64,000 nt of DNA from a virus. Position numbers and translations under genes: made by a program. The notes below the pieces were generated by a model. It saw nothing but the letters and a program-made list of their open reading frames with translations. It was not told the origin of the DNA and ran no database searches. The DNA is taken from IMG/VR virus record IMGVR_UViG_3300001683_000001, positions 16,647 to 80,646 of that record, one strand, 5' to 3'. Position 1 is the first letter of the stretch; every line of letters starts with the position of its first letter. Below are positions 19,354 to 29,967 of the stretch, in pieces.

Positions 19354-20511
19354 ATGAATGCGGGAGTCCTCCAACGACAGGCGGCTCGATGGAAGCGTCA
19401 GGCGGATGCTGGCGAAATGCCTGAGGAACTATTCCGAGTCATCGCCAAAGGAACCAGCGGGACTGAGAAGCGACAGGTGACTAACCTCGCTCGCGTGTCG
19501 AGAATCGTCGCATCCAATGGAACCATCAGACCCTACGACGAGTTCAAGCACGATTGGAATTATGAACGCTCCTTTTACGGGACTCACGACACATGCGAAC
19601 TATGCGGGAAGAACCCCATCGTAGAGAATTGTGTCTTGCTCGACATGGAGGCCGACAATCGAATCATCATCGGGAATGTATGCGTCTATCGCTACATGGA
19701 AATTGAGGTGGACGGAATCACACTCAAGGGAGAGGACAAAGAGAAGTTTTTGCGAGAGAACATGAACAGGGCGAAGACCGACCATCGCCGCGCTCAGTTC
19801 GCCTCCAATTGGCCCACCATGCTCACCGACCTCAAACGATACGAGGACTTGATGACGAGCCGGTATTGGAGCAACGGTAGAAAGACCCCCAAGAGCAAGG
19901 AGTGGGAGTCCCTCCATAGGTGTGCTGTGAATCGCATGGCGAAACATGGGTATCTCGGTCCCAAGATGATAGGGCGATGGGAAGTCTTCATGGAAAATGC
20001 CGAGGTCAATCTCAGAGCGTGGAACGAGGAACAGGAAGTGCTGGCCGAGGAACGAAGGATTCGACATGAGCAAGACCAGCAGAGGCGGAAAAAATTGGCT
20101 CAGGAACTCAACCAAAAGCGGAACGAATGGAACGCGCTGGCGGATGAGTGGAACGAGAAGGCTCAGGGGGTCGAGCGTGGCTTCAACGATTGGGAGCGAC
20201 GAATGGTTCCGAAGGTGGTTCAGATGATTCGATATACAGGTCCCGCTACTCTCCGGGGAGGGTATCTGACTTTCCATGATGAAGTCGTGGCGAAGACCTC
20301 ACTTCAATCAGGGTCTTACGACAGTTCAAATCCACAGGTCAAGGAACTCCAAGAGTGGAGTCAAGAGGCTGGCTTCCTCAACGCATGGGAGGCATTGTTC
20401 ATCGAGTCGGTGACGGTGCGATTGATGTGTGGGCGAGTCCTGTCTGAGAAGCAAGAGGAAATCGTCAGTAGAATCCGAGCCAAGTGGAAGCATCGGGTGA
20501 CTCCGGCATGA
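19354..20511 (+). CDS. Hypothetical protein with Zn finger and coiled coil
   Basis: CELCGK...C...GNVC; start placed 30 nt after the class A promoter motif. Confidence 0.7.
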   Translation: MNAGVLQRQAARWKRQADAGEMPEELFRVIAKGTSGTEKRQVTNLARVSRIVASNGTIRPYDEFKHDWNYERSFYGTHDTCELCGKNPIVENCVLLDMEADNRIIIGNVCVYRYMEIEVDGITLKGEDKEKFLRENMNRAKTDHRRAQFASNWPTMLTDLKRYEDLMTSRYWSNGRKTPKSKEWESLHRCAVNRMAKHGYLGPKMIGRWEVFMENAEVNLRAWNEEQEVLAEERRIRHEQDQQRRKKLAQELNQKRNEWNALADEWNEKAQGVERGFNDWERRMVPKVVQMIRYTGPATLRGGYLTFHDEVVAKTSLQSGSYDSSNPQVKELQEWSQEAGFLNAWEALFIESVTVRLMCGRVLSEKQEEIVSRIRAKWKHRVTPA

Positions 20512-20798
20512 CGAGATTCCTTCTCGACAAGGACATCCCGAAGGCGGTCCTGACTCCACACAATCGCAATCTCGGTCAGGTCGCACGCGAGGCTCCTGTC
20601 TATGGGATTGCAGTTCTCGATGTCTGTCCCAATCCAAACTGCCGCCGAGATGGTCCGATGGACGCTCTCATGCTCGGACCTCTGAACCTGTGGCCGAACA
20701 TGGCGGTGGTCTGTGGCGACGAGGGATGTGGAGTTCATTGGGTGATGGTCGGAGTGCCGCCTGAGAAGACCCAATGGATTCTGTCCGAAAACGAATGA
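20508..20798 (+). CDS. Small Zn-finger protein
   Basis: CPNPNC...CGDEGC; ATGA overlap with the upstream gene. Confidence 0.65.
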   Translation: MTRFLLDKDIPKAVLTPHNRNLGQVAREAPVYGIAVLDVCPNPNCRRDGPMDALMLGPLNLWPNMAVVCGDEGCGVHWVMVGVPPEKTQWILSENE

Positions 20799-20863
20799 CC
20801 GTCCGGTGTGCCGACCTCTCAGCGTCACCGGTGACGAGAACTCGGTTCCATACCGATTTGGGA

Positions 20864-20879
20864 ATGTTCTGTGGAACAT
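20864..20879. promoter_or_regulatory. Palindrome box + CG tract
   Basis: ATGTTCTGTGGAACAT. Confidence 0.85.
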
Positions 20880-20921
20880 GCCCGGTCCTCGCGTGAGCGC
20901 ATGCGCGCGCGCGTGAGGCGC

Positions 20922-21018
20922 AAGGGACCTCGGTGTAGTCAGAAATCGGGTTTTCAGGCTCCAAAACCATTGATTTACCCTATTCATTGATAAGGGAGAG
21001 GCCCCCCCTGCTCTCGCT
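20922..21018 (+). promoter_or_regulatory. Class C extended promoter
   Basis: TTGATAAGGGAG at -32; homologous to 14691-14788. Confidence 0.7.
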
Positions 21019-21414
21019 ATGCGAGAGCAGATTTCAACCCACGCCCTACAAAGAGCAGACAGCAGACTCGTCGGTGACGAGGCTGAAATCGTGCGCCAAG
21101 CGGTGCGCGACGCCATCCGCCGCTACCCCGGCAAGTCCGTCGGAGTCATCGCTCACCGACTGAACTCACAGCGCAACGAGGCATGGGGTCAGACCAGCAA
21201 CGGAGATTGCGTCGTAGCCATCGTCCGAGGCGGCTCGGTGAAGACAATCTACCTGCGCCGAGCCACACAGACCTTCGACCTCTCCGTCAGCCGCACCGAT
21301 GTCTTGGTGGATATGACCGGGACTGTCCTCTCCAAGCCCATCGTTGGGCGCGGCCACCAGCCTCGCCGCAACGACGAGCCAAAGAACATCTTCATCATGA
21401 ACAGGAGGAACTGA
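21019..21414 (+). CDS. Hypothetical protein, possible RelE/DUF4258-like RNase fold
   Basis: ISTHALQRADSRL N-terminus and a VVAIVR..VKTIY strand. Confidence 0.5.
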   Translation: MREQISTHALQRADSRLVGDEAEIVRQAVRDAIRRYPGKSVGVIAHRLNSQRNEAWGQTSNGDCVVAIVRGGSVKTIYLRRATQTFDLSVSRTDVLVDMTGTVLSKPIVGRGHQPRRNDEPKNIFIMNRRN

Positions 21415-21416
21415 AC

Positions 21417-22235
21417 ATGAGCAACACAAACCCCCTCTGCACCTACAACGACATGGGTGACTTCGGCAAGCGGGACTACGGCTCGGTGGATGAATACGAA
21501 GCCAGCGATTCTTGCCTGACGGTCATTCACAATAGGACGACCTCGACCGGCGACCAACCTGCTAACATCGGAGTCCTTGCAGACTACTGTGTGGAGGCGT
21601 TCAGGAACCTCGGAATGTCCGAGCGCAGAATCGACGAGCAAGTGATTCGCCTCACCTTCCTCCGACAAGCCGACCAAGAGGACTTCAACGAGGAAGCGAA
21701 CACGGCTGGCGACGAATGGTGTGGGGTGTGTAATTCTTCCCAATTAGGAAGCATGACCTTTGAACACCACATCTTCCTAATCACCAACGGAGGTCACGAA
21801 GCCAACGACGACGAGATAAACTTGGAAGAAGTCATGCGGTGCTTGACTCACGAACTTGTTCATGCCGCACAGGCCGCGAAGGACACCCTCCACTACACAT
21901 GGTTCCCTGTGAGGGGAGTGTGCAAGATTCGCTTCATGGACGGCAACGGGATTCAGAAGGCTTGGGACGATGGCGTGGGAAGCCTCGACTACTACGACAG
22001 AGCATGGGAGTGGGAGGCATACGCCAAGCAGACCAACCTGATGCTGACCATCTTCGACACGACCTCTATCCGAATCACGAATCTCGTCGTGGAAAACATC
22101 CGCCCCGAAACCCGCGAGGATATGTTCGTGGGAGCATGGAACGCCTTCATCGGAGGCGAGGTAGTCAGCCAAGCATCTGAGCAGGGACAGTTCCTCCGAA
22201 CGGCCCTATGCTCCCGCCGCGCCCGTTCTTGCTGA
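21417..22235 (+). CDS. Zincin-like metallopeptidase (HExxH), paralog 2
   Basis: LTHELVHAAQ..LHYT..YYDRAWEWEA; AGGAGG RBS before ATG 21417. Confidence 0.75.
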   Translation: MSNTNPLCTYNDMGDFGKRDYGSVDEYEASDSCLTVIHNRTTSTGDQPANIGVLADYCVEAFRNLGMSERRIDEQVIRLTFLRQADQEDFNEEANTAGDEWCGVCNSSQLGSMTFEHHIFLITNGGHEANDDEINLEEVMRCLTHELVHAAQAAKDTLHYTWFPVRGVCKIRFMDGNGIQKAWDDGVGSLDYYDRAWEWEAYAKQTNLMLTIFDTTSIRITNLVVENIRPETREDMFVGAWNAFIGGEVVSQASEQGQFLRTALCSRRARSC

Positions 22236-22316
22236 TTCCGGGTCAATAGAGGCCCCATAGAGGCCGTCTGACGCTCAGGACGCCCCGATACAGCCCTAAT
22301 GCCCTCAACGCGCTCT
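22226..22316 (+). repeat. ~90-bp dispersed repeat copy
   Basis: TTCTTGCTGATTCCGGGTCAATAGAGGCCCCATAGAGGCC...CCCGATACAGCCC...ACGCGCTCT. Confidence 0.8.
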
Positions 22317-22433
22317 GCACCCGCTCCCTCGCACTCGCCTCTGCGAGCGCACATCTGCGCCCACCCGCCCCTACGCGAGCGCATACCCGCGCGTGCGCGC
22401 CCACGCTCGCGCGCACACGCGAGAGAATCGCTC

Positions 22434-22449
22434 ATGTTCCACAGAACAC
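22434..22449. promoter_or_regulatory. Palindrome box + CG tract
   Basis: ATGTTCCACAGAACAC. Confidence 0.85.
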
Positions 22450-22506
22450 GACCGGTTCCGTCACCGGTGACTTTCGGAACCACTCACAACAGACATCGCC
22501 CTCTCC

Positions 22507-22520
22507 TTCAAGACGGTGGG
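22507..22520 (+). promoter_or_regulatory. Class A promoter motif (MCM-like ATPase)
   Basis: TTCAAGACGGTGGG, ATG at +32. Confidence 0.75.
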
Positions 22521-22538
22521 AGTCACACGCTGGTTGGT

Positions 22539-24536
22539 ATGGCCGATGAGGAAGGTGATGGAATCGAGGTCATCCAATCCACCGATAGCGCAAGCAAGTT
22601 CTCGGTGGTGGTGACGGACAATGAAGTCGTTCTCATCTTCCTCTCGTCCACGAAAGGTCGCATGGACTTCTCGGTCGAGATTGACGGCACTCCACACGGC
22701 AAGGTCAATCTCCTTTCACAGCACAGCATCGCGCGGCTCGCGGGAGCCGTCGGCATCAGCCCGAAGGTGAAGGATGAGTTCAAGACGACGATGCTCAAAG
22801 TCGGAGTAGTCCTTCGTGATGGAACCTACACACCCGCACCGGAATCACAGGCCGAGAACGAGATGGAATCCTTCATCGGGGAGGACTCGACATTAGGAGC
22901 AATCCAACCGAAGACGATTGATGAGTTCCTCGGCTCCAATCTCCTAATTGACCGCATCAACAAGATACTCCACCAATCCCGAACCAGCCCCTTCATCGGT
23001 GACGATGCGAACCTCATGCTGACCTTCTTCGTCATCGTATCGTGCAAGACCGCCAGCCCTCTCAATCTTGAGATGGTCGCGGTGTCGGCGGCGGGGAAGA
23101 CCTACATGGTTCTCACCGCACGCAACGGAGTTCCCAAGTCTATGTGCATGGTGCTGGCTGGCGCGTCCCGCGAGGCTCTGAAATACGACTACGATGAAGT
23201 AGATGAGCAAGGGAACTTCATCATCAATGTGGATGGGAAGTGTATCATCATCTTGGAGAAGGATGAGTCGTCAGCATTCGTGCGGAAGATGAAGCCGTTG
23301 ATGAGTGGTGACGACGATGAACTAATTTGGAAAACCCCGATGAAGAACGACCTCACCGGCGAGATAGAAACGCGGGACTTCATCATCCGAGGCCAGCCCT
23401 CGTTCATCACCCTGACCACGCGCAATCCCCGCGAGCAAGAGCAGGTCACTCGACAATTGCTGATGACTCCTGATACTACACAGGGCAAGGTGAAGGCTGT
23501 CGTCGGGAACTCCCTACTTGCGAAGGCTCGCCCCGAAGACTTCTCTGTCCACCCTGACCTGAAACTACTCCAAGCCTCGATGCTGTCGTTGGGGAAGTAT
23601 CGAATCCGCAACATCTTCGCTCCCCTCATGGCTGAGTTCTTCCCCTCCAAAAGCGCGCAGCACCAGCGCGACATCAACAAGGTGCTGTCCATCATAGATT
23701 CCATCACTCTCATCCATCAGAAGCAACGCCCCATCGAGAGCGATGCTAATGGCGACTTCCTCCTATCTTCGGTCGAGGACAATGTGATTGGATTGATGTT
23801 CGCTGACCTCGTTCTGAGAGCCAGCCTATCCGGTGTTCCTGACGACTCATGGATGATATTCCAGCAGATGCAAGAGATGGTCGAAGCCAAGAAGTCGCTG
23901 ACGATTGATGGGATGCTCCAATGGCTCCACATCAACGCCGTCAATGTGTCTAAGAACGGACTCAAGGAGAAGCATCTCCCAACGCTTGAGGACATTGGCT
24001 TAATCGAAGTGGCTCGTCGAGGTGGAGGTAGGGGTGGAGGACGCAAGACCTACCGAATCGTGAAGACGCGAGAGGCCATGTCCAGCAGGTATGCACTCGC
24101 GCCTCTATTCATTGAGGGTGTGCGTCGGGCGTTGCCTAACCTAATGGAAGATTTTGACGACATCCTCGCCCGGTGTGACCCTCCCAATACCGGAAGGAAT
24201 CTTGCCTATGGAGAAGCCAAGATTCTGAAATCTCTCGGCTGTTCCAACAAGGACCAATCGCGGGTCATGCGTGCGCTCGTTCTACCAAGCTATCTCAGAC
24301 CTACGAACACCGATACGATGCTATGGGATGCTATGAAAGATGCCAAGTTCCGTGACCTCTGCTTCTCCGGCAAATCATGGCTCGACGATGGTCTGACCGA
24401 CGATGCGACTGAGGCATTGGCGAGTCGTAGAGAAATCGAGAGCGACATCCAAGAAGCGAGTCGTGATGAAAGTCTGAGTATTGATGCCGACCTGTGGGAG
24501 AACATCGCAGAGGCTCACTATTCCGATACCGAATAA
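22539..24536 (+). CDS. MCM-like AAA+ ATPase, putative replicative helicase
   Basis: Walker A VSAAGKT, SREALKY, Walker-B-like IILEKDE, ITLTT, HQKQR, C-terminal wHTH-like segment; start after class A promoter motif. Confidence 0.65.
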   Translation: MADEEGDGIEVIQSTDSASKFSVVVTDNEVVLIFLSSTKGRMDFSVEIDGTPHGKVNLLSQHSIARLAGAVGISPKVKDEFKTTMLKVGVVLRDGTYTPAPESQAENEMESFIGEDSTLGAIQPKTIDEFLGSNLLIDRINKILHQSRTSPFIGDDANLMLTFFVIVSCKTASPLNLEMVAVSAAGKTYMVLTARNGVPKSMCMVLAGASREALKYDYDEVDEQGNFIINVDGKCIIILEKDESSAFVRKMKPLMSGDDDELIWKTPMKNDLTGEIETRDFIIRGQPSFITLTTRNPREQEQVTRQLLMTPDTTQGKVKAVVGNSLLAKARPEDFSVHPDLKLLQASMLSLGKYRIRNIFAPLMAEFFPSKSAQHQRDINKVLSIIDSITLIHQKQRPIESDANGDFLLSSVEDNVIGLMFADLVLRASLSGVPDDSWMIFQQMQEMVEAKKSLTIDGMLQWLHINAVNVSKNGLKEKHLPTLEDIGLIEVARRGGGRGGGRKTYRIVKTREAMSSRYALAPLFIEGVRRALPNLMEDFDDILARCDPPNTGRNLAYGEAKILKSLGCSNKDQSRVMRALVLPSYLRPTNTDTMLWDAMKDAKFRDLCFSGKSWLDDGLTDDATEALASRREIESDIQEASRDESLSIDADLWENIAEAHYSDTE

Positions 24537-24550
24537 GCAAGCCCGCTTTG

Positions 24551-24564
24551 TTCATAACGGTGGG
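24551..24564 (+). promoter_or_regulatory. Class A promoter motif (SSB operon)
   Basis: TTCATAACGGTGGG, ATG at +32. Confidence 0.75.
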
Positions 24565-24582
24565 AGTCTGTGGTCGATAGTC

Positions 24583-25830
<1,248 letters not shown>

Positions 25831-25832
25831 GC

Positions 25833-26720
25833 ATGGCGAAGAAGCGCAAGAATTACGACGCGATAATCGAGTCCTGTGATACGGGAACTTCGATGGCGAA
25901 TCAACCACCTCTCTATCACATCAAGTTCCAAGCGTTCTCAGGCGGGGGCAAGACCCACCAATCTCTTGCGAACTTCAACCACTTCTGCAAGGGTAGGAAG
26001 CCTGAAGAATGTCTGATGACCGTCATTGATTGTGACTTGGAAGGACAGGCTTCGCTCATTCGTCGCACAGACATTCTCAGTCCTGAACTTAGACCCCGTT
26101 TATTCCGCAAGGTTTGTAGTAATCCCGATGAGGTGAATGAGGTCACGCTGGCCTTCATTGACCTGCATAGGAAGCATTACGAAAAATACCCTGAGGGAGT
26201 GCGTGTAATGATGTTCGACAACGAGGCCGCATACTACCTGTCGTGCCGTGACTTCTACGCACAGGAAGTGCATGGTCAATCGGAGGCTGACCTACTCCTG
26301 TCCCGACAGGCTCAAGCCATCTCTGAAGGCAAGAAGACCCTCCCTGCATTTGCGGAGGGACAGATGCACTCCTACAAAGTAATCAACAGAGTGTTCTACA
26401 CGCCCTTCCAACGGCTCAAGATGGCCGCTGAGATGTTCCACTTCCACTTCTTCCTGACGACCCTGCTCAGGGAATACACCGAGAACTACGGACAGGCCAA
26501 CGAGAAGAAGGTCGTCGCGTCTGCTGGTCGTGCCGATATGACCGACCCCCTATTTGAGTGGATTATTGAACTCGATGTCCAGCAGAGGACGAAGCGTGGT
26601 AATTTGCAGACGCGCTACCGCGCCATCACGCGCAAGAGCCGAAATTGTAAGCCATTCCAAATGGTCAATCCCACTCCTGAGAAGTGGTGGAAGGCCGTCG
26701 AGGATAACACCTTCCGGTGA
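25833..26720 (+). CDS. RecA-fold ATPase (RadB/Sak4-like)
   Basis: AFSGGGKTH, VIDCD, MMFDNE, C-terminal KSR. Confidence 0.7.
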   Translation: MAKKRKNYDAIIESCDTGTSMANQPPLYHIKFQAFSGGGKTHQSLANFNHFCKGRKPEECLMTVIDCDLEGQASLIRRTDILSPELRPRLFRKVCSNPDEVNEVTLAFIDLHRKHYEKYPEGVRVMMFDNEAAYYLSCRDFYAQEVHGQSEADLLLSRQAQAISEGKKTLPAFAEGQMHSYKVINRVFYTPFQRLKMAAEMFHFHFFLTTLLREYTENYGQANEKKVVASAGRADMTDPLFEWIIELDVQQRTKRGNLQTRYRAITRKSRNCKPFQMVNPTPEKWWKAVEDNTFR

Positions 26721-27925
26721 TGATGATGAAGGTCCCATACTTGTCGGCTTCTCGATTGAAACTTGCACAGGATTGCACCTTTGCCTACGCTGAGAAATAC
26801 GGCTCAGGGTCGAAGGATGCTTTCACGGCTAAGATGGTCGGTGAGCATCGCAACAATATGCAAGCGGCGAGGAACGGAACCAATCTCCATAACGCCCTTG
26901 AGGAATGGCGGCGACCCAACCCCAAGACGGGTAGAGTTCGTCGCCCCCTGTTCAAAAAACTCGTAGAACTCTACGACAAGGAGTGCGCTCGGAACGAGGT
27001 GGATTTCAATGTCTATGAAGACGGCAAAGAGATGCTCACACGATGGTTCGCCAAGCGAGGTGTGACCACCGTCAAGATTCTCGATGTGGAGCAATCGTTA
27101 GGCACTCACAGCGCACCCTTCATCCTCCCCCTCGGCACACCAATCTTCGGCTTCATTGACCTCATTGTCGAGCATGACGATGGGACCATCGAACTGATTG
27201 ACTACAAATCGCAGAGGAAGCCAATCAAGCAAGAGGAAGCAGACTCCGATATACAGGCAGGTATCTATCTCGCTGTGGCGTCTGAGATATGGCCTGACCG
27301 ACCTCTACGATTCACCTTCGACCTGCTCAGATACGGAACCATGACGACCGTGTGGAGTGACTCCAAAATCAAGTCGTTCAAGACATGGCTTCATGGTCAA
27401 TACGAATGGCTATCCAATCTGACCGACCCTCAACCCACCATCGGGAACGGATGCAAGTGGTGTCCCTATGTCGAACTATGTCCAACAGCCCAAGACCTGA
27501 TTCAGAATGGCTCTTGGGATTTGGTCGTGGGGGATGACCCTACGAGCCTCGATAGGGATGCGATGCTCTCGACCCTTGCCGCCGTCAAAGCGGCGAAGTC
27601 AATCCTCGACAAGAAGCAGAGAGAGATGACTCAGAACATCAAGGATGAGTGGTTCGACTCCTTCGCAAGTGGAGAGGTGATTACCACCGACAATTGGAAG
27701 GTGTCTTTCGATGATAGGAAGCGCACCGAGTTCATCCCTTCCGAGGTTCAACGCTTGGTCCCTCCGGGCGTCTTCGGGCAGATGGTGGGATTGACTAAGA
27801 CCGCTGTTGAACGGGTGTTGCCGATACTCCCCGAAGATGTAGCGGAGCAGGTTCGTGCGAGCGCAATAGTGAAGCCCTACCGCGCTCTGACTATACAGCG
27901 TAGTAGCGATGCCGACACCCAATGA
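26717..27925 (+). CDS. PD-(D/E)XK exonuclease (RecB/Cas4-like)
   Basis: LSASRL, GTNLHNALE, GFIDLI..LIDYKS, QAGIY, CKWCPYVELC. Confidence 0.88.
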   Translation: MMMMKVPYLSASRLKLAQDCTFAYAEKYGSGSKDAFTAKMVGEHRNNMQAARNGTNLHNALEEWRRPNPKTGRVRRPLFKKLVELYDKECARNEVDFNVYEDGKEMLTRWFAKRGVTTVKILDVEQSLGTHSAPFILPLGTPIFGFIDLIVEHDDGTIELIDYKSQRKPIKQEEADSDIQAGIYLAVASEIWPDRPLRFTFDLLRYGTMTTVWSDSKIKSFKTWLHGQYEWLSNLTDPQPTIGNGCKWCPYVELCPTAQDLIQNGSWDLVVGDDPTSLDRDAMLSTLAAVKAAKSILDKKQREMTQNIKDEWFDSFASGEVITTDNWKVSFDDRKRTEFIPSEVQRLVPPGVFGQMVGLTKTAVERVLPILPEDVAEQVRASAIVKPYRALTIQRSSDADTQ

Positions 27926-28301
27926 AGACTCTGAACAGGACTCATCTGAAGACTCTGAACAGGACTCATCGAAAGGGCCGCGTCGAGTGCCTTCATCGAA
28001 ATACGGAACCCGCCGATTCGGACGCATGGGGAAGACCGACGGTCGGAATGTGAAGCGACTGTGGAAGGCCATGATTATTGCTGGTGCGGTGTTCCCAAAT
28101 GGAGGGCCTCTGACGACGAGTCAGATAGTCGAACTACCCAACCAGCCATTTGAGATTCACAGGCTCACCAACCACCTCGCAAAGAAGCCTCACCTGTTCA
28201 TGTGCGCCGGGACTGAACGAGTAGCCGGACTCGATGGTCGAACTCGCTACCCGCAGAAGACATGGCTGGCCCATCCCGAAGCCTACGACGACACCTCCTG
28301 A
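27909..28301 (+). CDS. Winged-helix protein (DUF3860-like)
   Basis: LTTSQIVE...LTNHLAKKPHLF..G..RV....W pattern shared with other small genes in the window. Confidence 0.55.
   Translation: MPTPNEDSEQDSSEDSEQDSSKGPRRVPSSKYGTRRFGRMGKTDGRNVKRLWKAMIIAGAVFPNGGPLTTSQIVELPNQPFEIHRLTNHLAKKPHLFMCAGTERVAGLDGRTRYPQKTWLAHPEAYDDTS
27924..27970 (+). repeat. 24-bp tandem duplication
   Basis: gaagactctgaacaggactcatc occurs twice (encodes EDSEQDSS twice). Confidence 0.8.
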
Positions 28302-28420
28302 GGCCGATTCGGACGACGCTCGACCTCGCGCGCCCTCGCGTGCGCGAGGCAAACCTCGATTTCAGCCCAATTTCGCAAGTCCCTCACGCGCGCGCGCATG
28401 CGCTCACGCGAGGACCGGGC

Positions 28421-28457
28421 ATGTTCCACAGAACATTTCCCCTGTTCGGGGGAACAC
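28421..28457. promoter_or_regulatory. Tandem palindrome boxes + CG tract
   Basis: ATGTTCCACAGAACAT (28421) and CTGTTCGGGGGAACAC (28442). Confidence 0.85.
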
Positions 28458-28495
28458 GGACTTGAACCGGAGGCTGTTTTCGACTTCCCGTTTGA

Positions 28496-28509
28496 TTCAA
28501 GACGGTGGG
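28496..28509 (+). promoter_or_regulatory. Class A promoter motif (rfcS)
   Basis: TTCAAGACGGTGGG, ATG at +30. Confidence 0.75.
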
Positions 28510-28525
28510 AGATTGCCGGGTGGTT

Positions 28526-29554
28526 ATGTGGTCCGAAACTTATCGTCCAAACAGCCTCGATGAAATCATTGGACAAGACCACATCATCCCCCGCCTCCGC
28601 TACATGGTCGAGCGACTACATCAGGAGGGTGATGATGGAGCGTTCCCACATCTGATGTTCGCCGGTCAGGCTGGCGTGGGGAAGACCGCCACAGCCATCG
28701 CTCTGATGAAAGACCTATTCGGTGAGGATTGGAAGATGAACTTCATCGAACTCAATGCGAGCGACTCTCGTAGCATCTCCGACATCCGCACGACAGTCAA
28801 GGACTTCTCTCGTCGAGGCGTCATTGGTTCATACACTTTCGATGGGAAGCAACAGGAGTTCCCCTTCAATGTCGTCTTCCTCGATGAGTGTGACCATCTC
28901 ACCCCTGACGCACAGGCCGCGTTGAGGCGAATCATGGAGAGGTTCGCCAAGCAGACTCGATTCATCCTCTCCTGTAATTATCCACACCGAATCATCGGAC
29001 CCATCAAGGACAGGTGTGCCTTCGCTGACTCAAGGTTCCATCCTATCCCATCTAAGGCCATTTGCGAGGCTCTCAGGGCCGTTGCGGACCGTGAGGGCCT
29101 CGATATAACACCGGAGGCTCTGACGGTCTTAGGACACGCCTCTCGCGGCTCGATGCGAAAGGCGTTGAATCTGCTATTCACAGCCACTCGCGTTCCGAGT
29201 CGAGTGGAGAAGGAGGATGTCCGTCTGATAGTCAATCAGATGAACCCCAAAAAGATGCGGGAACTACTTGGCTTGGCGATAGAGGCGAACCGCCATCAGG
29301 ACCCGATTGAGAATCAGCGGATTCACAGACGCATTGACTCGCTCATCGAGAGGTTCGGTGAGCGTGGTCTGAGTGGGGCTGAGATTCTCGACGAACTCTA
29401 TCGCGTGGTAGCCGAGGACGAGGCTGTTCCACTCCCTCTCCGACGACGCATCTTGGAGAGCATGGGGGAGGCCCTCCATTACAGTTCAACATCACAGGAC
29501 GACCTACTGTCTGTGAAGACCTTCATCAGACGAGTATGCACAGGAGGCGAGTAG
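28526..29554 (+). CDS. rfcS: Replication factor C small subunit (clamp loader)
   Basis: WSETYRP, GQAGVGKT, FIELNASD, VFLDECDHLT, FILSCNY, DRC, GSMRKA. Confidence 0.95.
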   Translation: MWSETYRPNSLDEIIGQDHIIPRLRYMVERLHQEGDDGAFPHLMFAGQAGVGKTATAIALMKDLFGEDWKMNFIELNASDSRSISDIRTTVKDFSRRGVIGSYTFDGKQQEFPFNVVFLDECDHLTPDAQAALRRIMERFAKQTRFILSCNYPHRIIGPIKDRCAFADSRFHPIPSKAICEALRAVADREGLDITPEALTVLGHASRGSMRKALNLLFTATRVPSRVEKEDVRLIVNQMNPKKMRELLGLAIEANRHQDPIENQRIHRRIDSLIERFGERGLSGAEILDELYRVVAEDEAVPLPLRRRILESMGEALHYSSTSQDDLLSVKTFIRRVCTGGE

Positions 29555-29839
29555 ATGAAAAGCGACGAGATAGACAACGGCGACAACGAGGAAATCATGG
29601 AACTCATCAGAGGACGATTGGCGATAGGTATCGAACGGTATGGACATGGAGTCCGAGCCGAGGAAGACACTCGCCACTTCGGAACTGAGAAGGACACTTG
29701 GGTCGAGATGGCTCTTGAGGAAGTCCTCGACAATCTCATCTACATCACCGCTGAGATAATTCGCATCCAGCGTCGAGCAGAACGGATTAGAACCCCGACC
29801 GACGAGAACGACTCGGACATAATGGGTTTGGCTGATTGA
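29555..29839 (+). CDS. All-alpha NTP pyrophosphohydrolase-like protein
   Basis: R...GIERYG...W..MALEEVLDNLIY motif. Confidence 0.55.
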   Translation: MKSDEIDNGDNEEIMELIRGRLAIGIERYGHGVRAEEDTRHFGTEKDTWVEMALEEVLDNLIYITAEIIRIQRRAERIRTPTDENDSDIMGLAD

Positions 29840-29936
29840 TGCGGGGGTAGAATAGACATGATTAGCCAGCCCAATCCGACCCAAATCTCTCTCGGTTCCA
29901 CTTGACCGTTGCATGAAGTCGGATGGTGTCCATCCA

Positions 29937-29950
29937 TTCAAGACGGTGGG
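29937..29950 (+). promoter_or_regulatory. Class A promoter motif (polB)
   Basis: TTCAAGACGGTGGG, ATG at +31. Confidence 0.75.
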
Positions 29951-29967
29951 AGTTCCTCGTTGTTCGT

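Noticed and set aside
22299-22538. Ala/Arg-rich N-terminal extensions and ORFs (4410, 14189, 19045, 22299, 28234, 36135, 44944, 61884)
   Set aside because: Mostly translations of non-coding CG tracts or overlaps with upstream genes; promoter motifs point to downstream ATGs.
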